Assembly: GCA_030390025.1 (NCBI GenBank)
Contig: CM059432.1
Location: 114,020,001-114,084,000, forward strand
Reading direction: 5' to 3'
DNA length: 64,000 bases
Origin: Squalus acanthias
Taxonomy: Eukaryota
Below the pieces are notes generated by a model. The model saw only the letters and a list, made by a program, of their open reading frames with translations. It was not told the origin of the DNA and did no database searches. Made by a program: the position numbers and the translations under genes. Each line of letters starts with the position of its first letter. Positions within the stretch are counted from its first letter, which is position 1. Shown here piece after piece: positions 36,901 to 50,200 of the stretch.

Positions 36901-39900
36901 GTACAGCTACAAAACTGGCATCTATCCGACAATGTGGAAAACTGCCCAGGTATGTCCTGTCCACAAAAAGCAGGACAAATCCAACCCGACCAATTACTGC
37001 CCCATCAGTCCATTCTCAATCATCAGCAAAGTGATGGAAGGTGTCATCGACAGTGTTATCAAGCAGCACTTACTCACCAATAACCTGCTCACTGATGCCC
37101 AGTTTGGGTTCCGCCAAGACCACTCGGCTCCAGACCTCATTACAGCCTTGGTCCAAACATGGACAAAGGAGCTGAATTCCAGAGGTGAGGTGAGAGTGAC
37201 TGCCCTTGACATCAGCATTTGACAGAGTCTGGCATCAAGGAGCCCTAGTAAAACTGAAGTCAATGGGAATCAGGGGGAAAACGCTCCACTGGCTGGAGTC
37301 ATACCTACCACAAAGGAAGATGGTTGTGGTGGTTGAAGGTCAATCATCACAGCCCCAGGACATCACTGCAGGAGTTCCTCAGGGCAGTGTCCTAGGCCCA
37401 ACAATCTTCAGCTGCTTCATCAATGACATTCCCTCCAACATAAGGTCAGAAATGGGGATGTTCGCTGATGACTGCACAGTGTTCAGCACCATTCACAACT
37501 CCACAGATAATGAAGCAGTCCATGCCCGCATGCAACAAGACCTGGACGACGTTCAGGCTTGGGCTGATAAGTGGCAGGTAACATTCGCGCCACAGAAGTG
37601 CCAGGCAATGACTATCTCCAACAAGCGAGAGTCTAACCACCTCCCCTTGACATTCAATGGCATTACCATCGCCGAATCCCCCACTATCAACATCCTGCGG
37701 GTCACCATTGACCAGAAACTTAACTAGACCAGCCACATAAATACTGTGGCAACAAGAGCAGGTCAGAGGCTAGGTGTTCTGCGGTGAGTGTCTCACCTTC
37801 TGACTCCCCAAAGCCTTTCCACCAGCTACAAGGCACAAGTAAGGAATGTGATGGAATACTCTCCACTTGCCTGGATGAGTACAGCTCCAACAACACTCAA
37901 GAAGCTCAACACCATCCAGGACAAAGCAGCCCGCTTGATTGGCACCCCATCCACCACTTTAAACATTCACTCCCTCCACCGCCAGTGTACCGTGGCTGCA
38001 GTGTGTATCATCTACGAGATGCACTGCAGCAACTCGCCAAGGCTTCTTTGGCAGCACCTCCCAAACCCACAAACTTTTCCACCTAGAAGGACAAGGACAG
38101 CAGGCACATGGGAACACCACCACCTCCAAGTTCCCCTCCAAGTCACACACCATCCTGACATAGAAGTATATCACCGATCCTTCATCATCACTGGGTCAAA
38201 ATCCTGGAACTCCCTACCTAACAGCACTGTGGGAGTACCATCACCACACGGACTGCAGCGGTTCAGGAAGGCGGCTCACCACCACCTTCTCAAGGGCAAC
38301 TAGGGATGAGCAATAAATGCTGGCCTTGCCAAAGACGCCCAGACCCCATAAACGAATAAAAAAAAACAAAAAAACATGATCTACCTTTTACAAATCCATG
38401 TTGGCTCTCCTTAATTAGCTTAAACCTTTCCAAGTGCCCGTTAATTCACCTGACATTCATCATACAACTTTTTTTGTTTCATCATCTTTTCCATCTCCCT
38501 CGTCATCAAAGGAGCCCTTGCTTTGCTTCCCTTACCCTTCCCTCTTGTTGGAATGTACCTAGCCTGTACTTGGAACATCTCCTCCTTAAAAATCACCCAC
38601 TGTTCCGTTGCAGTTTTTCCTGTCAGTCTTTGGTTCCATTTTACCCTGGCTAGATCCTTTCGCATCCCATTGAAGTTAGCCCAATTCCAGTTTAGAAGTT
38701 CCACTCTAGATTGTTCCTTGCTCCTCTCCATTGCTAATCTAAATCTTATGATACGCTGATCACTCGTACCCAAGTGTTCTCCCACAGACACTTGGTCGAC
38801 CTGGCCCACCTCATTCCCCAGCACCAGATCCAGCAATGCCTCCTTCCTAGTTGGGCCAAGAACATACTGGTCAAGGAAATTCTCCTGAACACATTTCAGA
38901 AATTCCTCCCCCTCCTTTCCCTTTACCCTAGCATTATCGCAATCGATATTTGGGTAATTACAGTCCCCCAATATCACTACTCTATAGCTCTTGCATATCT
39001 CTGTGATTTCCCTGCAGATTTGCTCCTCTACCTCCCTCTCACTACTTGGAGGCCTATAGAATACCCCCAATAGCGTGATCATACCCTTTTTGCTCCTCAA
39101 CTCTAACCAAATGGATTCTGTCCCTGTCCCCTCAAGAACATCCTCCCTTTCCAACACTACAATGTCTTCCTTAATCAGCACTGCCACCCCACCTCCCTTT
39201 TTTCCTTTCCTATCTTTTCAGAACACCTTGTACCCTTGAATATTATGTGCCCAGTCCTCACCTTTTTTAAGCCACATTTCTGTTATTGCCACAACATCAT
39301 ATTGCCACATGGCTAATTGTGCTTTGTGCATTTACGTACATGCATTCTAAACCCATTTTTGAATTTTTCGTAGTCTTTCTTAGTCTGGTCCTGTCTAATA
39401 TGGTAATTCTTCTGCCTCTCGTACTACTTTCTTCTCTAGTACTATCCAACACACTCACTCTTTTATGCACCTTATTCCTCTTTTCTACTCCTATATGCTG
39501 GTGCCCACCCCCCTGCCAAGCTAGTTTAAACCCTTCCCAACAGCTCCAGCAAACCTCCCTGTGAGATTATTGGTCCCGGCTCTGTTGAGGTGTAACCCGT
39601 CCAGCTTGTACAGGTCCACCTTCCCCAGAAATGGTTCCAATGCCTCAGGAATCTAAAGCCCTCCTCCTGCACCATCTCTCCAGCCACGCATTCATCTGTT
39701 CTATCCTCCTATTCCTGTACTCACTAGCACGTGGCACCGGGAGTAATCTGGAGATTACTATCTTTGATGTCCTGCTTTTTAAGCTCTCTCCTAGCTCCCT
39801 AAACTCTGCCTGCAGGACCTCATCCCTCTTTCTGCCTATGTCATTGGTACCGATATGGACAATGACCTCTGGCTGTTCAGCCTCCCCCCTCAGAGTGTCC

Positions 39901-40212
39901 TGCAGCTGCTCAGTGACATCCTTGACCCTGGTAACAGGGAGGCAACATACCATCCTGGAGCCATGTTTGCGGCCGCAGAATCGCCTGTCTGCTCCCCTAA
40001 CTATCGAATCCCCTACTACTATTGCTCTTCCACTCTTTTTCCTCCCCCCGTGCAGCTGAGCCACCCGTGGTGCCGTGGACTTGACTCTGGCTGCACTCCC
40101 CAGAGGAACCATCGCCCCCACCAGTACTCACAACAGAATACTGGTTGGAGAGCGAGATGCACTCCGGGGACTCCTGCTCTACCTGCCTGGTCCTCCTCTT
40201 CTGTCTGGTGGT
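33991..40212 (-). mobile_element. CR1 LINE with SGNH-esterase ORF1, APE and RT; interrupted at 35111-38374, internal deletions
   Basis: ORF1 IVVGDSIVR, VHIGTND (39645-40121); APE FYRPP, LLDLVL (38441-39187); RT DFRKAFD, GVPQGS, FADD (34483-35110). Confidence 0.93.
35128..38374 (+). mobile_element. CR1-group LINE with tRNA-like head and no ORF1, copy 2 (near full length)
   Basis: B-box-like GAGTTCAAATCCC at 35153-35165; APE starts ~35500 (KVLLTNIRGL, VILTESYL); RT motifs [17 protein letters not shown]; poly-A ends at 38374. Confidence 0.92.
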
Positions 40213-40447
40213 CAATCATGTGAATTTCGTGTGTTGCCTGTATTACTTTCAACAGGCGCGAGCAGATCGCGCATCGTGATCTCCACACCCAGTTTTGGGC
40301 CTTATCCAATTTAGTCCCCCAGGAATCTGATCCAGGAACAACCCTATTGTACATATAATATTGCTAAGAGTTATTTGAGGACGAATTGAACAGTTGAACT
40401 GCAGTCAGTGGGTGAGTGTGGAATCCTCTCTCCCCTTGCAACGTATT

Positions 40448-40781
40448 AAAGAAAAGAAAGCAAGACTTGAATTTATACCGAGACTTTCACGACCTCAGAG
40501 CATCCCAAAATGCTTTACAGCCAATTAAGTACTTTTTTTTAAATGTAGTCACTGTTGCAATGTATGAAATCCAACAGACAATTTGCACACTGCAAGGTCC
40601 CACAAGCAGCAATGTGATAATGACCAGATAATCTGTTTTTGTGATGTTGATTGTGGGATAAATATTGACCAGGACACCGGGGATAACTCCCCTGCTCTTC
40701 TTTGAAATAGTGCGATGGGATCTTTAATGTCCACCTGAGAGAGCAGACGGGGCCTCGGTTTAACGTCTCATCCAAAAGACA
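40448..40781 (-). mobile_element. Deu-domain SINE, 5'-truncated
   Basis: Reverse-complement match to ~1373-1698. Confidence 0.85.
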
Positions 40782-41062
40782 TTAGGGTATTGAGGTAAGT
40801 CAGTAGAAGGGATCAAATACATTGGACTTTATTTTGAAGTGTTTAATATTTTCATTAACTAAAATACTTCTTTAAGACGACTGAAATTTCTGAAGCGGTA
40901 CTTTATTTCACTAGTGTAATATTGTAAGATCACATTTTATTATAATGATAAAGTCTAATTACAGAATAATTTCAAACATAAAAGTAATGTACCAGAAGCT
41001 TAATGGCTATCCTTATCTCAAACAACCAAATTACATTAACATTTTTTACTTTGTTTTCAATA

Positions 41063-41228
41063 TTGAAACGAGACGAGTACATGAGAGAAAAGGGAATAGA
41101 AAGATATGCTGAACAGCTGAGATGAGGCAGATGGAATGGGAGGAGACTCGTGTGGAGTATCAACAACAGCATAGACTGGTTGGGCTGAATGGCCTGTTCC
41201 TGTGCTGTAGATTCTATGTAATTCTGTG
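41063..41228 (+). mobile_element. CR1 3'-end fragment
   Basis: GGGCTGAATGGCCTGTTCCTGTGCTGTAGATTCTATGTAATTCTGTG tail. Confidence 0.85.
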
Positions 41229-43290
41229 AATTCCGAGTTAAAACAAATAACAAATCATTTATAAACTTGATCAGCTATAAGAGATTTGAATGCAAAATGA
41301 TCAATGAGCACTTGGATTATATGTGTTAAAACTACGTCGGATATACGGCACATAAACAGGCCATTCGGCCCAACCAGTCCATGCCGCCATTTATGCTCCA
41401 CTCGAGCCTCCTCCCATCCTTCCTCATCTAACTCTATCAGCATAACCCTCTAATTCCCTTCTCCCTCATCTGCTTGACTAGCCTCCCCTTAAATGCATCT
41501 ATACTTTTCGCTTCAACCACTCTCTGTGGTAGCGAGTTCCACATTCTCACCACTCTCTGGGGAAAGAAGTTTCTCCTGAATTCCCGATTTGATTTCTTGG
41601 TGACTATCTTATAATGATGGCCTCTAGTTATGCTCTTCCCCACAAGTGGAAACCATTGGCCGTGATTTTGCGCCTGAAGGTGGGATGGTGGCGGGTCCGC
41701 TGTTGGGCGGGTTCTGGACCCGCTCCCGGTTCCCGCCGCCCTGCAGTTGAAATTTTGCGTTGATTGGCCTCGTTAAGGCCGACGTGCGGGTTCTCCAAGG
41801 CAATTGCTGGGTGCGGGTCAGCTGCTCACATCTGATGACGCAATGTTGGACTAATTATTTAAAGGGGCCATGTCCCCTCTGCAGATTCTTTTCCATTTTG
41901 TTCCCTGAAGTGCCGGCTGCTGCAGGTATGGCAGCGCAAAAACCTAAGGCTGCTCCCCGCTTCGATCAGGAAGCCCTCCATGTTCTTGTGGAGGGAGTAA
42001 GAGGACGTAAGGAGGTCCTCTTCCCTGGAGACGGAAGGAGGAGGCCTCCTCAGCAAACCAAGGCAGTTTGGCTGCAAATTGCTGAGGAGGTGAGCTCAAG
42101 GTTGTTCTGCATACGCACCTGGGTGCAGTGTTGCAAGAGGTTTAATGATCTGTTGCGATCAGCAAAAGTGAGAATAACATCACACTTACCTTCCATCTCC
42201 CATCTCTTCTCATCCCCATCACTCTGCATTGGCAACCTTCCCCTGCACATCCCAACTCACTCTAACATCCCTTGCACCTTCAACCATCCCTATCTTTCTC
42301 TGTACAGAATCACATCACCATCTTACTATGCACCACTCATACTCTTATGCAATGCCAACAACGAACAACGCACGGGGAGGGAACTTGGTTTGTGCACCTC
42401 ATTCCTTCATAGTCTCGCTCTAAACATCTATGTCATCCATTCTTTACACTCACTCCATCAATCTCTCTCAAACTCCACTTGTGTCCCTCATTACAGGAGA
42501 AGAGAGCCCACAATAAAAGGGAGAGGGGGAGGGCAGGAGGAGGCCCACCATCCCTGGCACACTTAACGAGCGCTGAGGAGGCAGCTCTGGAGATCGTCGG
42601 AGGTGCAGAGGAGCTGGAAGTGGGGGACAGAGAGATGGGCGTAGAAGAGCAAGCTGGTGACAGAATTGATTTCCGATCTTCTGATTTAGCATTGATGAGT
42701 GACTAATATGGGATCTGATGTTCATAGAGATTGAGTGCTAAGCATCTGCACAATGGGATGTGTCTGCAACATACATTTCACTTGTCTAACTCATGCCTTT
42801 ACTCCCCCATAGGCCCATCAAGAGCCCCACTCCCCACTGTCCAGGAGGAGGAGCAGGAGCACTCCTCAGAGGAACCACCAGCCTTTGAGGGAGCAGCGTC
42901 AGCAGCATTCCGCGCACCCAGCAGCAGCGCAGAGACGCACACCTCGGTGGGTTTTTTCGAGATAGAGTAGTGTTGTCACCTGGTATATCACAGCTCACAA
43001 GTGAGCAGGAGCAGATGTTGGAGACAGGGACAGCAGTGGAGAGTCCTCGTCAGAGGGCGCAGGGTGCTCCTAGCTCTGCTCAGCTGTATGAAGGCGCTGA
43101 GACTCTGGGGCCATCCAGAAAGAGAGCGGTGCTGGAGCTTCAGGAACAAGTGCAGGAGGCTCTGAGTGGGTTTGCTTCCACGGTAACTGTGAGTGTGCAG
43201 AGAATGGAGGAGTCCATCTTAACACTATGGGCAATCTAGGTGCCGCCATGGAAAGGACGGCAACCTCCATGGAGGACCTAACTCGCCAGA

Positions 43291-43424
43291 CACATAAGAA
43301 CATAAGAAATAGGAGCAGGAGTAGGCCATTCAGCCCCTCGGGCCTGCCCCGCCATTCAATGAGAGCATGGCTGATCTTCTGCCTCAACTCCATTCACCGG
43401 CCCTACCGCCATATCCCTTGATGC
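43291..43424 (-). mobile_element. CR1 3'-end fragment
   Basis: Direct repeat of 44691-44821. Confidence 0.85.
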
Positions 43425-43680
43425 ACTGCTGGCAGTTCTTGGGTATCTGAAAGGAGAAATGCACAAGGGTCGGGTTATGGTGAGGGGAGGAAGGAAAGCA
43501 AGATATCCATGCCTACACCATCAGTAGCTTGTAAGTGAGAAGAGATTGTGGGATGAGGGGGAAGTGGGATGTGAAAAGAAGGATTAGGAATGAGCATACC
43601 GTCATCATCAACAATGCTTTCCACTTCCACACTTGCCACGGACTCTGTCACTGCCCCTCCAATTATTACGAGCACTGCTT
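43425..43680 (-). mobile_element. Fragment of a C-family Harbinger Myb gene (exon 2 end, intron 2, exon 3 start)
   Basis: Reverse complement aligns to ~16040-16295 (GGAVTESVASVEVESIVDDG|GTATGC...TTTCAG|ATACCC). Confidence 0.8.
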
Positions 43681-43681
43681 C

Positions 43682-44690
43682 CCAGAAAGGCTGGCTGTAC
43701 TTAAAGTTGATAAGTCACCAGAACCGGATGGGATGCATCCTAGGAAGCTGAGGGAAGTAAACGTGGAAATCGCAGAGGTACTGGCCATAATCTTCCAATC
43801 CTCCTTGGATACGGGGCTGGTGCCAGAGGACTGGAGAATTGCAAATGTTACACCCTTGTTCAAAAAAGGGTGTAAAGATAAACCCAGCAAATACAGACCA
43901 GTCAGTTTAACCTTGGTGGTGGAGAAGCTTTTAGAAACAATAATCCGGGACAAAATTAACAGTCATTTGGTTAAGTGTGGATTAATTAAGGAAAGCCAGC
44001 ACGGATTTGTTGAAGGCAAATCGTGTCAAACCAACTTGATTGAATTTTTTGATGAGGTAACAGGGAGGGTTGATGAGGATGATGTGGTGTACATGGACTT
44101 CCAAAAGGCATTTGATAAAGTGCCACATAATAGGCTTGCCAGCAAAGTTGAAGCCCATGGAATAAAAGGGGACAATGGCAGCATGATTACAAAATTGGCT
44201 AAGTGACAGGAAGCAGGGAGTAGTGGTGAACGGTTGTTTATCGGACTGGAGGGAGGTACACAGTGGTGTTCCCCAGGGGTCTGTACTAGGCCCACTGTTT
44301 TTCTTGATGTATATTAATGACTTGGACTTGGTATACAGGGCACAATTTCAAAATTTGCAGATGACACAAAAATTGGAAGTATAATGAACAGTGAAGCGGG
44401 TAGTAATAGACTTCAAGAGGACATAGACAGGCTGGTGGAATGGGCGGACACGTGGCAGAGGAAATTTAACAGAAAAATGCGAAGTGATACATTTTTGGTG
44501 GAAGAATGAGGAGAGGCAAGATAAAGTAGAGGGTACAATTCTAAAGGGGATGCATGAACATAGAGACCTGGGGGTATATGTGCACAAATCGTTGAAGGTG
44601 GCAGGGCAGGTTGAGAAAGCAGTTAAAAAAGCATACGGCATCCTGGGCTTCATAAATAGAGGCATAGAGTACAAAAGCAAGGAAGTTATG
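43682..44690 (+). mobile_element. CR1 RT internal fragment
   Basis: KSPEPDGMHP, YRPVSLT, SQHGF, DFQKAFD motifs. Confidence 0.9.
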
Positions 44691-47222
44691 ATAAGAACAT
44701 AAGAAATAGGAGCAGGAGGAGGCCATTCAGCCCTTCGAGCCTGCTCCGCCATTCAATGAGATCATGGCTGATCTTCTGCCTCAACTCCATGCACTGGCCC
44801 TATCGTCATATCCCTTGATGCCTTTACTCGTCAGAAATCTATCGACTTCTGTTTTGAATATACCCAATGACTGAGCCTCCATAGCCCTCTGGGGTAGAGA
44901 ATTCCAAGAATTCTCTGTGTGAAGAAATGTCTTCTCATCTTAGTCCTGAATGGCCTACCCTTTATCCTGAGGCTGTGGCCCCTGGTTCTAGACTCCCCAG
45001 CCAAGGGAAACATTCTCCCAGCATCCACCCTATCAAGCCCTGTATTAATTTTGTATGCTTCAATGAGATCCCCTCTCATTCTTCTGAATTCAAGAGAATA
45101 CAGGCCTAGTTTACTCAATCTCTTCTCATACGACAGTCCTGCCTTCCCAGGAATCAATCTGATGAACCTTCATTGCACTACCTCTGTGGCAAGTATATCC
45201 TTCCTTCAGTAAGGAGACCAAAATTGTACACAGTACTCCAGGTGTGGTCTCACCAAGGCCCTATATAATTGGAGTAAGACTTCTTTACTCCTGTACTCAA
45301 ATCCTCTTGTAATGAAGGCCAGCATACCATTTGCCTTCCTAATGGCTTGCTGCACCTGCTCATTCACTTTCAGTGTCTCGTGTACAAGGACACCCAGGTC
45401 TCTTTGAGCATCTGCATTCCGCAATCTTTCACCATTTAGGAAATACTCTGCCTTTCTGTTTTTTCTACCAAAGTGGATAACTTCACATTTATCCACATTA
45501 TATTCCATCTGCCATGTTCTCGCCCACTCACTGAGCCTGTCGCGATCCCCTTGAAGCCTCTTCACATTCTCTTCACAACTGACACTACCACCTAGCTTTG
45601 TATCATCAGCAAATTTGGAAATGTTACATTTAGTCCCCTCATCCAAATCATTGATATAGATTGTGACTAGCTGGGGCCCAAGCACCGATCCTTGCGGTAC
45701 CCCACTAGTCACAGCTGCCATCCTGAAAAAGACCCGTTTATCTCTACTCTTTGTATTCTGTCTGTTAACCAATTCTCAATCCATGCCAGTATATTACCCC
45801 CAATTCCATGTGCCCTAATTTTGTTCACCAACCTCTTGTTTGGGACCTTATTGAAGGCCTTCTGAAAATCCAAATACACCACATCTACCGGTTCCCCTTT
45901 GTCTACTCTACTAGTTACATTCTCAAAGAACTCCAATAGGTTTGTTTAGCAGGATTTCCCTTTCATAAATCCATGTTGACTCTGCCCACTCTTACAATTA
46001 GTTTCTAAGTGCCCAGTTATTGCATCCTTTATAATAGATTCCAGCATTTTCCCAACTACTGATGTGAGGCTAACAGGCCTGTAGTTCCCCGTTTTCTCTC
46101 TCCCTCCTTTCTTAAATAGCGGGGTTACATTTGCTATCCTCCAATCTGCAGGAACCGTTCCAGAATCTATAGAATTTTGGAAGATGACAACCAATGCGTC
46201 CATATAAACATAGAAACATAGAAGATAGGAGCAGGAGTAGGCCATTCGGCCCCTCGAGCCTGCTCCGCCATTCGATGAGATCATGGCTGATCATCCAAAC
46301 TCAGTACCCTGTCCCTGCCTTCTCCCCATATCCCTTGATACCTTTAGCCTTAAGAAGTATATCTAACTCCTTCTTGAATAAAGTTACTGACTTGGCCTCA
46401 ACTGCCTTCTGTGATAGAGAATTCCACAGGTTCACCACTCTCTGGGTTAAGAAATTCCTCCTCATCTCTGTCCTAAATGGCTTACCCCTTATCTTTAGAC
46501 TGTGACCTCTTGTTCTGGACTCCCCCGCCATCGGGAACATCCTTCCTGCATCCAGTCTGTCCAGCCCTGTTAGAATTTTATAAGTTTCAATGAGATCTCC
46601 TCTCATTCTTCTAAACTCCAGCGAGTATAAGCCCAATCGACCCAATCTCTCCTCGTACGTCATTCCTGCCATCCCAGGTATCAGTCTGGTGAATCTTCGC
46701 AGCACACCCTCCATGACAAGAACATCCTTCCTCAGATAAGGCGACCAAAACTGCACACAATACTCAAGGTGTGGTCTCACCACTATCCCAATGGCCACCT
46801 CATTCAAAACCCTAGGATGTAGGTCATCCGGTCCTTGGGATTTATCGACTTTTATTCCCATTAATTTTGCTAGTACTGTATTTTTGCTAATAATAATTTC
46901 TTTAAGTTCCTCATTCTCGCCACACCCTTGGTTTTCTCGTATTTCTGGAAGGTTTTTTGTGTCTTCCTCCGTGAAAACAGAAACAAAGTATTTATTTAAT
47001 TTCCAAGCCATTTCCTCATTCCCCATTATAAATTCTCCCATCTCTGACTGTAAAGGACCTACATTTACCTTCGCCAGTCTTTTCCTTTTCACATACCTAT
47101 AGAAGCTTTTACAATCCATTTTTATATTTTTCGCTAGTTTGTGCTCATATTCCATTTTCCCTTTCTTTATCAATTTCTTGGTCCCCCTTTGCTGATTTCT
47201 AAAAAGATCCCAATCCTCAGGG
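44691..47222 (-). mobile_element. CR1 LINE, 5'-truncated, interrupted by a second CR1 3' piece at 46203-46780
   Basis: RT motifs in 44831-46200 and 46781-47173; host sequence rejoins as GCGTCCA-CTATCCC; the insert has the same 3' UTR as 60652-60750. Confidence 0.92.
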
Positions 47223-50200
47223 ATCCAACATGGTGGCTCTTCTAGATAGATGGCCAGCTATGGAGGATAGAAGGCCATCTATCGTGGAGAGAAAACAGAG
47301 GCACATGGACGTCCAGGTTATAAGGTCTGTCAGTACAGAGACGGGTCCATATGGCCCCACCGATGTGCAGCAAGGTGCTCTCCAGCAACTTGCTAGTAGT
47401 GAAGTGCAAGTGACCCATGAGAGGGAGAGTGGTGTTCAAGCACAATTAAGTGGGGGCTCCTCTCCAAGCGCTCACACTCCCTTGCCACTGCCGAGCCCTC
47501 AGTCAGAATCCCATCTGCCTGAGCCAACAGAGATGGCCAAGTCTGCCCCATGGAGGAGCACACGTTGGCGGGGCCCTCCATGGATCGCAAAACCAGAGGA
47601 CGGCCGCCAAAGGCGTCTAAGCAGGAGCAGCAGGGAAGTGAGCAGGCTGTCTCCAGATATGCTGAAGCCACAGGGGTCTCACAACGTAGAAGCACACGTA
47701 AGTGGAAGATGTCACGTTAATAATCACAAGGGCTCTCACTTGGGTGTTATGATAGATTTATTTGTAAAGTTTCTGTTCTTTGCCAATATTGTAATAAATT
47801 GATGTAGAACGAAGGTTTGGCATCGTTGCCAGCTGTGTGCTGACAATTTGAGGCGGCACACTTTAGGGTAAGTGCGCCTTTAAAATCGAGCAATGCAGGT
47901 TACAGTGGATCTACAGTGCACAACACACACTTGCAGCCTAAACACAGATTATGCCCCTCAAATTATTCAATCACCAACCTCACAGATTTCTAAATGATAA
48001 TATTTGAGAGTGCAGCTTTTACACTGCAGTTGCAGCTGTGAAGTCTCCAGCTCGCTGGTGTTCATGCCACACTTACCTGGCGTCTTGTACAAACGTCATC
48101 AAACTCGACACAGAAGCTGGAAAATCTAAAAACCCTGTGAAAATAGCTCTAAAGTACCACCTAATAGGTAGTTAAGTGCCTTTAATACCTTTCCCGCCGC
48201 TTGGTGTCGGGTCCGTTTGCAAATCGGAGACCCGACACTCGGGAAAGATGTGTGGAGACGGGATCACGGCGGGTTCGGAACCCGTCAATCATTGCGAATT
48301 TAACCTCTGACCCGCCTCCAATCCTGCCCTCTGAGCGCTGGCAAAATTACGGCCGTGTATCCACTCTATCAAAATCTTTCATAATTTTAAAGACCTCTAT
48401 TAGGTCACCCCACAGCCTTCTTTTTTCAAGAGAACAGAGACCCAGCCTGTTCATCCTTTCCTGATATGTATACCCTCACATTTCTGGTATCATCCTTGTA
48501 AATCTTCTCTGCACCCTCTCCAGTGCCTCTATAACCTTTTTATAATATGGCGGCCAGAACTGTACACAGTACTCTAAGTGTGGTCTAACCAAGTCTCGAT
48601 ACAGGTTGAGCATAACTTCCCTACTTTTCAATTCTATCCCTCTAGAAATAAACCCTAGTGCTTGGTTTGCTTTTTTTATGGCCTTGCTAACCTGTGATGT
48701 AACTTTTAGTGATTTGTACTCCTAGATCCCTTTGTTCCTCTACCCTACCTAGACTCGCACCCTCCAAGTGATAAGTGACCTCCCTATTCTTCCTACCAAA
48801 ATGTAATACCTCATATTTATCTGTGTTGAACTTCGTTTGCCAATTATATGCCCATTCTGCAAGTTTATTCATGCCCTCCTGTAATTTGTTGCAGTCCTCC
48901 TCAATATTGCCTATCCCCCCAATTTGGTGTCATCCGCAAATTTAGAAATTGTATTTGGATTCCAAAGTCTAAATTGTTAATATAAATTATGAACAGCAGT
49001 GGTCCCAGCACTGATCCACAGTCCTTCTACCACTGTGAATAGCTACCCTTTACTCCGACTCTCTGCTTTCTGTTTTGAAGCCAGCTAACTATCCATTCTG
49101 CTACTTTTCCCCTGACTCTGCATTCTCTGACCTTATTTATTATTCTATTATGGGGTACCTTATCGAAGGCCTTTTGAAAATCTAGATAAATTACATCTAC
49201 TACATTAACATTATCTACTCTCTCTGTTACCTCTTCAAAAAATTCTATGAGGTTGGTCAAGCAAGACATTCCCTTTTGAAATCCATGCTGACTATTCCTT
49301 ATTATATTTTTGGTTTCTAGATGTTCTTCTATTTTCTCCTTTAGTAGGGATTCCATTATTTTTCCTACCACCAATGTTAAGCTGACTGGTCTATAATTCT
49401 CTGGACATGTTCTATCCCCCTTCTTCAATATCGGTATTATATTAGCTATCCACCAGTCTTCTGGCACTACACCTTTTTCTAACAAATTATTAAAAATGTG
49501 TAGTAATGCCTCTGCTATATCTTCCCTAGATTCTTTTAAAATGCGTGGATGCAATCAATGCGGACCAGGGCTTTTATCCTCTTTAAGTTTCATTAGTTTA
49601 TTTAATATATCCCCTCTTTTTATCTTAAATGCACTTATCTCATTACTAATCTCATCATCCAATACCATGTCCACCTGTTCTATCTCCCTGATAAATACTG
49701 AAGCAAAATAATTATTTAATATTTCTGTCATCTCTCTATTGTTACCTGTGGTATTATCCTGTCTATCCCTTAGTGGTCCTATTCCCATCCAAACCTTCCT
49801 TTTTTTATTGATGTGCCTGTAAAATATTTTACTATTTTGTTTTATGTTCCTTGATAATTTAATTTCATAGTTCCTCTTTGCTTTCCTAATTGTTTTTTTG
49901 ACTTCTCTCCTAATCTCTTCGTATTCTCCCTTATCATGCACATCCCTGCTGTCCATGCACTTAATGTATGCTTCTTTCCTTACCCTCAATTGTTCCCTTA
50001 TGGCTTTATTCATCCATGGAGTCTTTTAGCAGAATATATTGTTCCTGCACTCTGTTGAACACTGTTTTAAATGTTTCCCGTTGCTGTTCTACATCGTTGC
50101 TTGCCAATATTGTTGCCCATTTTATTTTCCAAATTTCTATTCTCAGCCCCTCAAAATCAGCTTTTCTCCAATCTATTACCCTGTTTTTCGTCATACTTAT

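Larger units (their letters stand above)
30516..40319. mobile_element. PIF/Harbinger element F (transposase only), with element G and LINEs nested in its right subterminal region
   Basis: Left TIR GGGCTAAAAATTC; segments 32348-32412 and 40213-40319 rejoin to match the reverse complement of element C's Myb-side subterminus; flanks TAG and CAG. Confidence 0.75.
41928..47720 (+). pseudogene. Harbinger Myb/SANT-like gene (element H), exons 41928-42167, 42497-42656, 42813-47720 (exon 3 split by 43291-47222)
   Basis: Intact exon 1 MAAQKPKAAPRFDQEALHVLVEGV...WLQIAEEV...RTWVQCCKRFNDL; canonical splice sites in phases 0 and 1. Confidence 0.88.
41658..48354. mobile_element. Myb-only Harbinger element H
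   Basis: TIRs GGCCGTGATTTTGC and GCAAAATTACGGCC (13/14 match); no transposase remnant seen between the Myb stop (~47720) and the right end; no clean TSD. Confidence 0.9.

Noticed and set aside
43535..44206. 223-aa ORF with an unusual His/Cys-rich N-terminus
   Set aside because: The N-terminus is antisense Harbinger intron/exon sequence running into a CR1 fragment.
46301..47173. 290-aa ORF as an RT variant with the core deleted
   Set aside because: Chance in-frame junction between two nested CR1 copies at ~46780.
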